From an uncultured Verrucomicrobiales bacterium (lineage in GTDB: Bacteria; Verrucomicrobiota; Verrucomicrobiia; Verrucomicrobiales; DEV007): a DNA stretch of 64,000 nucleotides. Numbering within the stretch: the stretch's first letter is position 1; each line of letters starts with the position of its first letter. Both the position numbers and the translations under genes were made by a program. Below are positions 10,256 through 19,751 of this stretch, piece after piece. Location: positions 1-64,000 of the forward strand of contig CALKOM010000057.1 of assembly GCA_938091905.1 (NCBI GenBank). Direction: 5' to 3'. The notes beneath the pieces were generated by a model that searched no databases, was not told the origin of the DNA, and saw only the letters and a list, made by a program, of their open reading frames with translations.

Positions 10256-13200
10256 GTGCTTATGACCCCAACTACTCCTAAATCTTTTTTCGTCGCGCTG
10301 TTCTCTATCTTTGCTCTTGGCATTTCACCTCTGGTAGCGATGCCATTCATTTCAGAGTTCCTTGCCATCAATGATGGTGTCTCGGTCGATGAGGATGGTG
10401 AGCCATCCGATTGGATCGAGATCTTCAATCCTACGGACGAGGCGATTGCCTTGGAAGGCTACACTCTGACAGACAGCATCGCAGAGCCTGCCAAATGGAC
10501 ATTTCCAGCCGTGATGATTGAGCCACGGGGCTTTGTTGTGGTTTTCGCCTCGATGAAAGATCGCGTGGACCCCGCTATGCCACTCCACGCCAATTTCTCT
10601 CTCGATGGCGGGGGGGAGTACCTTGCGCTTTACGCGCCAGATGTCGAGGAGCCCGTTTCGAGCTTTGCCCCTGAGTTTCCGAATCAACGTCGAAATATCG
10701 CTTATGGCGCCTCTGGATTTACCGAAGGAGCAGTCGGGTTTCTATCTCCACCGACTCCATTGGAGCCTAACGTTGAGACGGCGATAGATTTCGTTGCGGA
10801 CACGAAGTTCTCCGTAGATCGTGGTTTCTTCAGTGAACCCGTCACGGTGGAGATCACTACGGATACGGTAGATGCAGAGATCCGCTTTACTGTGGATGGA
10901 ACGATGCCAGCAGTCGACAATGGCACTCTTTACACGGAACCGGTGATCATTGAGTCCACGACAATTCTTCAAGCCATCGCTACCAAGGCGGGGGCGATCA
11001 GTAGCAATGTCGATGTGCAAACGTATCTCTTTGTGAGTGATGTGAAACTGCAGGCGACCATGGATGCGCGAGTGACGGCAGATCCAGCGTATGTGGATGA
11101 GATTGACGATGCCCTGGGGGCGACGCTACCAGCGATGTCCATCGTGGTTGATAATGAAAGAATGTTTGGGCCTACAGGCATTTATACGGATCCTTTCCAG
11201 AGTGGTCGCCCCGCTGAGGTGCCCATTTCGTTGGAATACTTCTCTCCAACGGATCCTGAAGATCGCTTTCAAATTGATGGTGGCATCCGTATTCACGGTG
11301 GCGATGCCCGGAATCACCCCAAGAAGCCCTTTCGTTTGTATTTCCGTGAAGACTATAGTGATGGTAGTGGCGAGTTGGAACATGCTCTCTTTGAAGGTTC
11401 GAATGTGAAGTCATTTGAGCAGCTTGTGTTGCGTGGTGGTGGACACGATGGTTGGTCTCTTGCTGATCGCTTTGGTGCGACTGATGGAGACATACCGCCG
11501 CACGGTTCCTTTTTACGAGATCAGTTTCTCCGGAAGACAGAAGCGGAGCTTGGGATGCTAACTCCGTTAGGAAAGTATGTTCACGTGTATATCAACGGTG
11601 TCTACTGGGGTATCTACGATGTTCATGAGCGTCCCAATGACGCCTTCTTCGCTGATCGTCTTGGTGGTTCGAAGAGTGATTGGGATGTGATTCATCACCC
11701 TGAGTTCTTTGATTCGAATTTTACAGTGGTTAGTGGGGATTCTGAAGCCTGGGAAGATCTTCAGTCCATTGCCAGTGGTCAAGTCGCAGACGAGGTTGGT
11801 TTTGAGCGGATTCAAGATTTGGTCAATCTGGATACCTACATTGATTCGATGATTGTTAGGATGTGGTCTGGTGACTTCGACTGGTGTGGGCCTGTGTTTC
11901 AGATGGTCAGGTTTAACGGGGAACTCGCTTTTAATGATGTGACCATCTTCGGAAATAAGAACTGGTATGCCGGTCGCCGATCGCGCAACGGCGGCACGAC
12001 TCCCAAGTTCCAGTTCTTCACCTGGGATGCGGAGATGAGCATGGGGAACCACCTGTTGGGTACGCTGCCGCAGCGATTCTTGGATTTTGATCTGTCTCGC
12101 TCGAATGACCTAGGCTCGCCGGTGGCTCCGTATGATGCGCTGGTTCGTTATCCACCATTCCAGCGGGTGATTGCTGATCGTCTGAGCAAGCACTTGTTCA
12201 ATGACGGCATCTTGTCGCCGCCGATTGCGAAGGCCCGTCTGCAGGAAATGATTGATGAGCTGAGGACCCCGATTGTGGCGGAGTCCGCTCGATGGGGAAA
12301 CACCGCGCCTGGTGGTGAGGTCGTTTTCACGCGTGATGATCATTGGTTGTCTGAGGTGGAATGGTTGCGTGATGTGTTTATAGAAGAGCGTCCTGAGCGG
12401 ATGCTTGATGGATTTAGAGATCGTGGGGTCTACCCCGTCCCTGGCGTACCTACCTTTAGTCGGACAGGCGGACGCCTAGACGAAGGCGAAACGATCGGCG
12501 TCACTTCGAGTGCGGTGACGCCTGAGATTTACTACACCACGGATGGATCGGATCCCGCCGAGTTTACGGTGTATGATAATTATGAGATACTGGGCCAGGG
12601 TGCGCGTTGTAATTGGCTGGTGCCAAACGCTGGCAATGGCGCGTTGAATCCTCTCTTTCCTTGGTATACCGCCCAGAACGTTTCGAATGCGAAACAATGG
12701 TTTACTGGAAGGACGGGGCTTGGTTTTGAGATGGGCGACCAGAACTTCCGGCCATATCTTGGCAAATCCGAGGTGAGTCCCGATCTGATTATGAATGCGG
12801 CACAGACGCCGGGAGTCTATTGCCGGATTAATTTTGCGATTCCGTCTGCGGCGGCCCTTGAGAATCTGGATGCGTTGATTTTGAAGATGCGTTACGACGA
12901 TGGGTTTGTCGCGTTTATCAATGGGACTCGGGTGGCTTCTGCGAATGTGCCAGGTCAAGTGTTGAATAATGGTGTGTTGGACCCAAGAGCGGTTGCCTTG
13001 TCGGCCCGAACAGATGAGGACGCCATCATCGCGGAAGCTTTTGATGTGACTGAGGCGGTGCGTGGCCGACTAACAGTGGGTGCTGGAAATGTCCTCGCTA
13101 TTCATGTCGTCAATGCTAGTCTTGATGATAGTGACATCATGATTTCTCCAACGATGGAGCTACGTCAGATCGTTTCTCAAGGGGGGCCTACGCCCACGGC

Positions 13201-14311
13201 TCGTAAGACCTCGGGCGAGATCACGTTGGAAGGCTCGGGCGTCGTGAAAGTTCGTGCTCTTGATGTGTTTGGGCGGTGGTCCGCGCTGGCAGAGGCATTC
13301 TTCCAGTATGAGGCCCCACTTCAACCCGGAGATCTTTCCATCTCCGAGATTCATTATCAGCCTGCTCGTCCTACCACTGAGGCAGAACTTGCGGAATCTG
13401 CTAGTAGAAACGGCTTTGAGTTCTTGGAACTGCGGAACGAGCGTGACTTCACCATCGAGTTAGATGGGGCAGAATTTGTGCGTGGCGTGCGGTTCACCTT
13501 CCCTCCCACTCAACTGGCTCCTGGTGAGCGAGTGGTAGTGGTTCGAAATGAGGCTGCTTTCGCCGCTCGGTATGGTCCGAACAACCCAAACATCCGCATC
13601 GTGGGTGCCTTTGCAATGGATAGTAAGCTGAGTGACATGGGGGAAACGCTGGAGCTCGTCTCTAAAGAAGGGGAGGTTCTTCTAAGCTTCCGCTACAATG
13701 ATAAAGCGCCGTGGCCTGAAGACGCCGATGGCTCAGGTGCTTCGCTCGTTTATCGACCTACAGGAGTTGATCCCGATCAAGCTGATGCCAGCCAATGGTC
13801 CGCCAGCTTGGAACCGAATGGAACCCCAGGAACCGGTGGTTTTACTGTCTACGGAGACTGGCAGGAACATTATTTCCCGTCAACAATTGTTGGCGGGGAG
13901 GAAGAGCCTATCATTGATCCTCTGGGATTGTCTGATGCAGACCCTGATGGGGATGAATTACCGAACTTGCTAGAGTATGTCTTTGGCTCCCATCCATTGC
14001 GCCCTAGTGAAAAGACGAACTTCATGAATTTCGCGACGATGGCTGAGATCGAAGGCGCCGATGGTCCACAGCTCGTCTTCCAGTTCCTCCGCCGCCCTGA
14101 CATGGAAGACGTGACCTATGCGGTCGACCTGTCTGAGGATCTCAAGACATGGGCTCTGTCCGAACTGATGGAAGAGGATCTCTTGCTTGAGGCGAATATC
14201 AGCAATCGCGAACGCGCCAGCGTCATCGTCATGCCGCCAGATTCCTCCAATCTCTATGGGCGACTTCAGGCCACCCTGTTGGAAATGAAAGATCCGGTTG
14301 TTGAGGAGTAG
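10256..14311 (+). CDS. Secreted lamin-tail domain / Fn3-associated / CotH kinase-family protein with C-terminal 'D.DGD..NLLEY' domain
   Basis: Signal peptide; ISEF...DWIEIFN (LTD); FSVDRGFF...IRFTVDG (Fn3-associated/chitobiase); GIRIHGG..R..PKK.FRLYF, VHVYINGVYWGIYDVHE, D.DW...NW, WDAE (CotH); ISEIHYQP...FEFLELRN (LTD). Start may be ATG 10262. Confidence 0.85.
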   Translation: MLMTPTTPKSFFVALFSIFALGISPLVAMPFISEFLAINDGVSVDEDGEPSDWIEIFNPTDEAIALEGYTLTDSIAEPAKWTFPAVMIEPRGFVVVFASMKDRVDPAMPLHANFSLDGGGEYLALYAPDVEEPVSSFAPEFPNQRRNIAYGASGFTEGAVGFLSPPTPLEPNVETAIDFVADTKFSVDRGFFSEPVTVEITTDTVDAEIRFTVDGTMPAVDNGTLYTEPVIIESTTILQAIATKAGAISSNVDVQTYLFVSDVKLQATMDARVTADPAYVDEIDDALGATLPAMSIVVDNERMFGPTGIYTDPFQSGRPAEVPISLEYFSPTDPEDRFQIDGGIRIHGGDARNHPKKPFRLYFREDYSDGSGELEHALFEGSNVKSFEQLVLRGGGHDGWSLADRFGATDGDIPPHGSFLRDQFLRKTEAELGMLTPLGKYVHVYINGVYWGIYDVHERPNDAFFADRLGGSKSDWDVIHHPEFFDSNFTVVSGDSEAWEDLQSIASGQVADEVGFERIQDLVNLDTYIDSMIVRMWSGDFDWCGPVFQMVRFNGELAFNDVTIFGNKNWYAGRRSRNGGTTPKFQFFTWDAEMSMGNHLLGTLPQRFLDFDLSRSNDLGSPVAPYDALVRYPPFQRVIADRLSKHLFNDGILSPPIAKARLQEMIDELRTPIVAESARWGNTAPGGEVVFTRDDHWLSEVEWLRDVFIEERPERMLDGFRDRGVYPVPGVPTFSRTGGRLDEGETIGVTSSAVTPEIYYTTDGSDPAEFTVYDNYEILGQGARCNWLVPNAGNGALNPLFPWYTAQNVSNAKQWFTGRTGLGFEMGDQNFRPYLGKSEVSPDLIMNAAQTPGVYCRINFAIPSAAALENLDALILKMRYDDGFVAFINGTRVASANVPGQVLNNGVLDPRAVALSARTDEDAIIAEAFDVTEAVRGRLTVGAGNVLAIHVVNASLDDSDIMISPTMELRQIVSQGGPTPTARKTSGEITLEGSGVVKVRALDVFGRWSALAEAFFQYEAPLQPGDLSISEIHYQPARPTTEAELAESASRNGFEFLELRNERDFTIELDGAEFVRGVRFTFPPTQLAPGERVVVVRNEAAFAARYGPNNPNIRIVGAFAMDSKLSDMGETLELVSKEGEVLLSFRYNDKAPWPEDADGSGASLVYRPTGVDPDQADASQWSASLEPNGTPGTGGFTVYGDWQEHYFPSTIVGGEEEPIIDPLGLSDADPDGDELPNLLEYVFGSHPLRPSEKTNFMNFATMAEIEGADGPQLVFQFLRRPDMEDVTYAVDLSEDLKTWALSELMEEDLLLEANISNRERASVIVMPPDSSNLYGRLQATLLEMKDPVVEE

Positions 14312-14331
14312 AGCAGGTAATCAGGTCACCT

Positions 14332-14880
14332 CTACCTACCGGGCACGTTTAGCTTGAGCTTTCGCTTCGGAGCGGCTGCCGGGATGACCAGCTTCGGTCG
14401 CCCGTCATTTGCGGCGGGAACGGGGGCTTCTTCCTCAACTTCAGGCAACGGTGGCGCTTCTGCTGCCACTGGCTCTGCAGGAAGCGGTGGTGGTTCTGGC
14501 ATGACCTCCTCAGGCAGGGGTGGGGCTTCCGGTAAGGGAGGGGCCTCCGCGATCATCTCCTCGGGGAGCGGTGGGGCCTCAGCAATGCTGATTTCCTCAA
14601 CTTGAGCCTCTTCGGCAACGGGAAGCGGGGCTGCTTCGGTCTCTTCGCTGTCCTCGGGTTCCGCCGCCTCCTCGGTGACGACTTCCTCTTCCTGTTCTTC
14701 AATTTCGCCGGGCTGGGGCGGTAGTTCCATCACCTGCCAAAGAGGGAGCCAGTCCTCGTCCGTTCCCTCGGCCCAGGCGAGATCGCTGCGCTGAACGTTC
14801 CCCTCCCAGAGGTAGGACTCCAGCTGGGCTTTAGAGTAAGGGCCGAATTGCTCGCCCTCCTGCATGACGTGAATTTGCAT
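14332..14880 (-). CDS. GYF_2 (DUF4339) domain protein with Glu/Pro-rich tail
   Basis: GEQFGPYS..QL...L..G.V...DLAW.EG..DW.PL, followed by EAPPLPE repeats. Start taken at ATG 14880. Confidence 0.75.
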   Translation of the reverse strand: MQIHVMQEGEQFGPYSKAQLESYLWEGNVQRSDLAWAEGTDEDWLPLWQVMELPPQPGEIEEQEEEVVTEEAAEPEDSEETEAAPLPVAEEAQVEEISIAEAPPLPEEMIAEAPPLPEAPPLPEEVMPEPPPLPAEPVAAEAPPLPEVEEEAPVPAANDGRPKLVIPAAAPKRKLKLNVPGR

Positions 14881-15014
14881 GGAGGGATCCATGAACGAAC
14901 TCCCTTCTAGTTTCAAGAGTGATCCTAGCCTCGTCTGAAAGGAAATTTCAGTTGGCGTCTCGCTGATTCGTGATTATAGAACGCGGCTCGCAACCAATTT
15001 CAGCTGGAAACACG

Positions 15015-15275
15015 ATGAAGTCCGATACCCATCCCACCAACAACCTCGTTTGCTTCGAAGACCTGAACACGGGGAAGCGGTTCCTTTCAGCGTCCACCAT
15101 GACGTCTGATAAAAAGGACACCATCAATGGAGAAGAGTATTACGTCGTCTCCTGCTCGATTACCTCGGATTCTCACCCTTTCTACACGGGTGAGAAGCGT
15201 TTGGTCGATACCGCTGGCCGGATTGATAAGTTCAATCAGCGCTACGCGAATTTCCGTCGGCCTGGTCAGAAGTAA
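15015..15275 (+). CDS. rpmE2: 50S ribosomal protein L31 type B
   Basis: MK.DTHP....V.F.D...G..F...ST...[20 protein letters not shown]; no CxxC pairs. Confidence 0.92.
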   Translation: MKSDTHPTNNLVCFEDLNTGKRFLSASTMTSDKKDTINGEEYYVVSCSITSDSHPFYTGEKRLVDTAGRIDKFNQRYANFRRPGQK

Positions 15276-15281
15276 GCTGTT

Positions 15282-18200
15282 CTGCTCGCTATCTGGCGCC
15301 TCTTTGCAGACACCGGTGGCACGTTCACGGATTGCCTTGGCATCGATCCTGAGGGCACCGAGCATCGTGCGAAGGTACTGTCGTCTGGACGCCTAGTCTA
15401 CTCGGGCGCCTGCACCTCGCGTTTCACCGCTGACCTCGAAGGCGCTGTGGGCTTACCTGCGGGTTTTCTCGTGGGAGCACGTCTCCTGGAAACGGGCAAT
15501 CGCGTCGCTGAGCACACCCCGGAAGGGCGGCTGACGTTCGATCTCCCGTTGGAAGAGTATGCCCAGCGTTTCGTCTTTGAAACCGATCGTGAAGCACCGC
15601 TGGTAGGAGCGCATTTGCTCACGGCGACGCCGCTTGGCGACTCCCTTCCACCGATTGCGCTGCGGCTTGCGACGACACGGGGGACCAATGCTCTGCTCGA
15701 AGGGCGCGGTGCCGACTTGGCGCTGTTTGTCAATGAGGGCTTTGGCGACCTCATGCGCATTGGTGACCAGACCCGTCCTGACCTCTTCGCGCTCGAGATC
15801 ATCCGGCCGGAGCCGCTGCATGTGGCAGTGGTGGAAGTGCCAGGCAGACTAGATAAGGATGGTAACGAGCTGGAGGCGATCGATGAAGAGGCGGTTCTTG
15901 TCGCCGGGAAACGCTTACTCGATGATGGCATTCGTACGGCTTGCGTGTCCTTTTTGCATTCTTATCGGAATCCTCAGGGAGAGCGGAGTTTGGCCGAAGG
16001 CCTCCGCAGTATCGGGTTCCACACCGTCATCACGTCTGCCGAAGTCTCTTCGCGAATTCACTTTGGTCGTCGTACGGAAACGGCGCTCATTGACGCTTAC
16101 CTCGCGCCTCTGATGGAGGCTTATCTAGCAGATGTCGAAGCAGGACTCCCAGAAGAGTCTCCCATGCGTATCATGACCAGTGCCGGTGGGTTGGTCTCTC
16201 GAGAGCGCTTTCGTCCGATTGATAGTCTACTCAGTGGTCCCGCCGGGGGAGTCGTCGGTGCGGCTGCGATAGGAAAGAGGCTCGGACGTGAGAAGGTAAT
16301 CGCCTTTGATATGGGAGGGACGAGCACGGATGTGTCGCGTTATGATGGTCACTATCACTATCAGCGCGAGCTCACGGTTGGGCCTGCTCGCCTTCAATGC
16401 GAAGCGTTGCGTATCGAGACGGTCGCAGCAGGCGGTGGGTCAATTTGTATGATCGATCAGGGAGCATTGAAAGTCGGGCCGGGAAGCGCGGGAGCGTCGC
16501 CAGGTCCTGCATGCTATGGGGAGGGCGGTCCTCTAACGATCACCGATGTGCATGTCTTGCTTGGGCGACTTGTCCCGGATCAGTTTGCTATCCCGTTAGA
16601 CCGATCTGCAGCCGAGAGTCGCTGGAAATCCTTTTTGAGCGAGCACGAACTCGCGGTGGAGAACGGCGATGTTTATTTGGAAGGCTTCCTCCAGATCGCC
16701 AATGAACGCATGGCGGATGCGATACGGGCGATCAGCCTTCGCGAAGGCGCAGCGCCGGCCGATTATGCGTTGCTGGCGTTCGGCGGTGCTGGCGGTTTAC
16801 ATGCCTGTGCCTTGGCGGAGTTGCTAGGTATAGAAGAAGTTCTGGTGCCGCGCGACGCAGGTATTCTCAGTGCGCGTGGCCTAGAGCAGGCAAATCTAGA
16901 AAGTCAACGCGAGCGTCAGGTGCTCGCGCTTTGGGAAGATGTCAGCGAATCTGTCGATGGCTGGATCGATGAACTGCGCCGCACCGCTCTTTCCGAGATC
17001 GGCTTGCCGGAAGCGGCATGTGAGATCACAGTGGAAGGGGAGTGGCGTTTCGAGGGTCAGGAGTCGACTCTCGCGCTTCTGCTATCAGATGATCCAGTCC
17101 AAGCCTTTCACGAAGAGCATGCCCGTATCTATGGCCATGTGCCCGAGAGGCGGCTCGAGTTGGAATCGCTCAGGGTAAGGGTAAGTGAACGGGGGACGGT
17201 GCTAAGTGAGGAGGTCTTTGCTCCGCCTAAAGTGGGCGATCGACAGAACGTTCGCTGCGTTGCAAACGACGACCTTCCTCCTTCTATTCTGTTTATTGGG
17301 CCGCTCATGGTTACAGATCCACATTGCACCATCATGGTGGAAGCTGGTTGGACAGTACAACGAGGATCGGAAGGAACCCTGGCACTGAGACGATGCGAGT
17401 CCATCGAGTGTGGAGATGCGGTTCATCCTAAAGAAGTCTTGTTGGAGTTGTTCACGCAGCGTTTTCGAAATGTCGTTAATGTCATGGGCGAGCAGCTCAG
17501 AAAGACGGCTCTCTCGACCAATGTGAAGGAGCGCCTCGATTACTCCTGTTGCTTGCTGGATACTCAGGGTCGTCTCGTGGCCAATGCGCCGCACATCCCG
17601 GTGCATCTGGGAGCCATGGGCTTGTGTGTGCGTCGGGTGATGGACACGCTAGCCGTTCTCGAAGGAGATGTCATCCTTACGAATCACCCCGCATACGGTG
17701 GTTCCCACTTGCCTGACCTCACGGTCATCATGCCGGTGTTTTATGAGGGGACTCTCACTGGGTTCGTGACCAATCGAGCTCACCATGCCGAAATGGGCGG
17801 CATTCGTCCTGGCTCCATGCCTTCCAATGCCACGTCATTGGAAGAAGAAGGCGTGATCATTCCTCCAATCTACCTCTTTGCGCAGGGGGAGTCATGCGAA
17901 CAGGCAGTGAAGGCGCATTTGCTAGAAGGGCGATATCCAACCCGTGCCGTAGAGGAGAATCTAGCCGACCTGCGCGCTCAGGTTGCTTCTTGTCGAGCTG
18001 GGGCAGCCTTGTTTGTGAAGCTTTTGGAAACACACGGCGCTAATATAGTCGAGGATCAGTTGAATCAGCTTTATGCAAGTGCGGCGAGATTTTCAGGGGA
18101 AGCGCTCGCGCAACAGTTGCCAAGTCCTGTCAGAGTTCGAGAAGTGCTGGACGATGGTAGCGAGATCCACATTCAGTTAGGCCGACATGGCGGCCGGTTC

Positions 18201-18980
18201 GCGGTTGATTTCGAAGGGACGTCCCCTTGCCATCCTGCTAATCTTCATGCAACACCTGCTATTGTTCGTAGTGCCCTCATTTACGTCATTCGCTTGCTGC
18301 AAGCCCGGGATCTTCCTTTGAATGAAGGGTTGCTTGATCAGGTTGATGTCTTGTTGCCCGTCTGTTTTTTGAACCCTGACTTTGATGCAGCGTCTTTGCC
18401 GCCCGTCGTCGGTGGCAATGTGGAAACCAGTCAACGTCTTGTCGAAGCCTTGCTTCAGGCGTTCGATCTTGTCGCTGGTAGTCAGGGCACGATGAACAAT
18501 CTCATCTTTGGAAACGAAGACGTGAGTTACTATGAAACCATCTGTGGGGGCTCTGGGGCCGGGCCGGGGTTTCGCGGAGCGAGTGGCGTCCACTCCCACA
18601 TGACAAACACCGCCATCACCGATCCTGAAATTCTTGAATGGCGCTATCCAGTGAGGCTACGCCGATTTGCATTGCGCCATGGGTCGGGCGGCAATGGCGA
18701 ATGGGGTGGGGGAAATGGTGTTGTTAGAGAATTGGAGTTTCTCGCTCCCTTGGCCGTTTCTCTTCTCACTCAGCATCGTAGCCAGGGCCCGAGAGGGCGT
18801 GCTGGAGGGTTAGATGGTGCGCCGGGTCGTCAGATGCTGATTCGCGAGGGCGTATCAACCGAGCTTGATGCGCTCGCCAGTGTTGATGTTGGCGTTGGGG
18901 ATCGCCTTGTCGTGGAGACTCCTGGCGGTGGCGCTTGGGGAACTTGTCCATTGCAAACGTCAGGGCCTTCGGCAGTCTGA
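15282..18980 (+). CDS. 5-oxoprolinase (fused hydantoinase A + B); start codon non-canonical or uncertain
   Basis: WRLFADTGGTFTD at 15294-15332 in frame; LSGPAGG, DMGGTSTD, TVAAGGGS, PGPACYG, FGGAGG.HAC, NVKERLD.SC, HIPVHLG, GSHLPD, GNVETSQ, QGTMNN, ETPGGG. Confidence 0.9.
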   Translation: MLAIWRLFADTGGTFTDCLGIDPEGTEHRAKVLSSGRLVYSGACTSRFTADLEGAVGLPAGFLVGARLLETGNRVAEHTPEGRLTFDLPLEEYAQRFVFETDREAPLVGAHLLTATPLGDSLPPIALRLATTRGTNALLEGRGADLALFVNEGFGDLMRIGDQTRPDLFALEIIRPEPLHVAVVEVPGRLDKDGNELEAIDEEAVLVAGKRLLDDGIRTACVSFLHSYRNPQGERSLAEGLRSIGFHTVITSAEVSSRIHFGRRTETALIDAYLAPLMEAYLADVEAGLPEESPMRIMTSAGGLVSRERFRPIDSLLSGPAGGVVGAAAIGKRLGREKVIAFDMGGTSTDVSRYDGHYHYQRELTVGPARLQCEALRIETVAAGGGSICMIDQGALKVGPGSAGASPGPACYGEGGPLTITDVHVLLGRLVPDQFAIPLDRSAAESRWKSFLSEHELAVENGDVYLEGFLQIANERMADAIRAISLREGAAPADYALLAFGGAGGLHACALAELLGIEEVLVPRDAGILSARGLEQANLESQRERQVLALWEDVSESVDGWIDELRRTALSEIGLPEAACEITVEGEWRFEGQESTLALLLSDDPVQAFHEEHARIYGHVPERRLELESLRVRVSERGTVLSEEVFAPPKVGDRQNVRCVANDDLPPSILFIGPLMVTDPHCTIMVEAGWTVQRGSEGTLALRRCESIECGDAVHPKEVLLELFTQRFRNVVNVMGEQLRKTALSTNVKERLDYSCCLLDTQGRLVANAPHIPVHLGAMGLCVRRVMDTLAVLEGDVILTNHPAYGGSHLPDLTVIMPVFYEGTLTGFVTNRAHHAEMGGIRPGSMPSNATSLEEEGVIIPPIYLFAQGESCEQAVKAHLLEGRYPTRAVEENLADLRAQVASCRAGAALFVKLLETHGANIVEDQLNQLYASAARFSGEALAQQLPSPVRVREVLDDGSEIHIQLGRHGGRFAVDFEGTSPCHPANLHATPAIVRSALIYVIRLLQARDLPLNEGLLDQVDVLLPVCFLNPDFDAASLPPVVGGNVETSQRLVEALLQAFDLVAGSQGTMNNLIFGNEDVSYYETICGGSGAGPGFRGASGVHSHMTNTAITDPEILEWRYPVRLRRFALRHGSGGNGEWGGGNGVVRELEFLAPLAVSLLTQHRSQGPRGRAGGLDGAPGRQMLIREGVSTELDALASVDVGVGDRLVVETPGGGAWGTCPLQTSGPSAV

Positions 18981-18983
18981 GAC

Positions 18984-19742
18984 GTGTGGTCTTCCATCTA
19001 TCCTGAGCTGACCGGCGGTGCCTTTGCTTTCGCTGTTTTTGGCGCTTTCTGCTTGGGCTTTTCTAAAACGGGATTCCCTGGACTTGCCATGGTCAACGTC
19101 TTGATCATCGCAGAGCTGTTCGGAGCGAAAGCTTCCGTCGGCATCATCCTTCCCCTGTTGGTGCTGTGTGATTTCATCATCTACCCGCTCTATCGCAAGT
19201 ACGCCTCCTGGGTTCAGGTTTGGCCGTTGATTGTCCCGACGTTGATTGGTGTGGTGCTAGGCTGGCTCTTATTAGACGCCATTAGCAACCATGTAGCACG
19301 GAGATTACTAGGTGGAATCGTCTTATTCATGGCGTTTCTCCAACTCGCTCGGCAATGGAAGTCGGCGATGCTTACCAGCTTGCCTGATGCTCCCTTTTTC
19401 CGATGGGGCAGTGGCCTTATTATCGGTGTCGCTACCATGCTAGCGAATGCAGCCGGTTCTGTTTATGCTATCTATGCGCTTGTTAGACAGATGTCGAAGA
19501 GTGATTTCCTTGGTGTCGGGGCCCGCTTGTTTCTTCTTGTGAACGTTCTCAAGCTGCCATTTAGTGTGAACTTGGGTATTCTCAACGCGAACTCGCTAAG
19601 ACTTGATACCGCTCTCGTCCCTGGGGTCTTGCTAGGAATTTGCGTTGGTCGTCAGGTCATTGCCCGCATCCCTGAGGCCCTGTTCCAGGGGTTGCTGTAT
19701 GCTTTCTCATTCATTGCAGGCGTTCGGTTGCTCTTCTTCTGA
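18984..19742 (+). CDS. TauE/SafE family membrane protein
   Basis: GFSKTG.PG, G..LPLL..CD, TMLANAAG; about 8 TM segments; starts 3 nt after the oxoprolinase stop. Confidence 0.85.
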   Translation: MWSSIYPELTGGAFAFAVFGAFCLGFSKTGFPGLAMVNVLIIAELFGAKASVGIILPLLVLCDFIIYPLYRKYASWVQVWPLIVPTLIGVVLGWLLLDAISNHVARRLLGGIVLFMAFLQLARQWKSAMLTSLPDAPFFRWGSGLIIGVATMLANAAGSVYAIYALVRQMSKSDFLGVGARLFLLVNVLKLPFSVNLGILNANSLRLDTALVPGVLLGICVGRQVIARIPEALFQGLLYAFSFIAGVRLLFF

Positions 19743-19751
19743 AGTGCTTCC

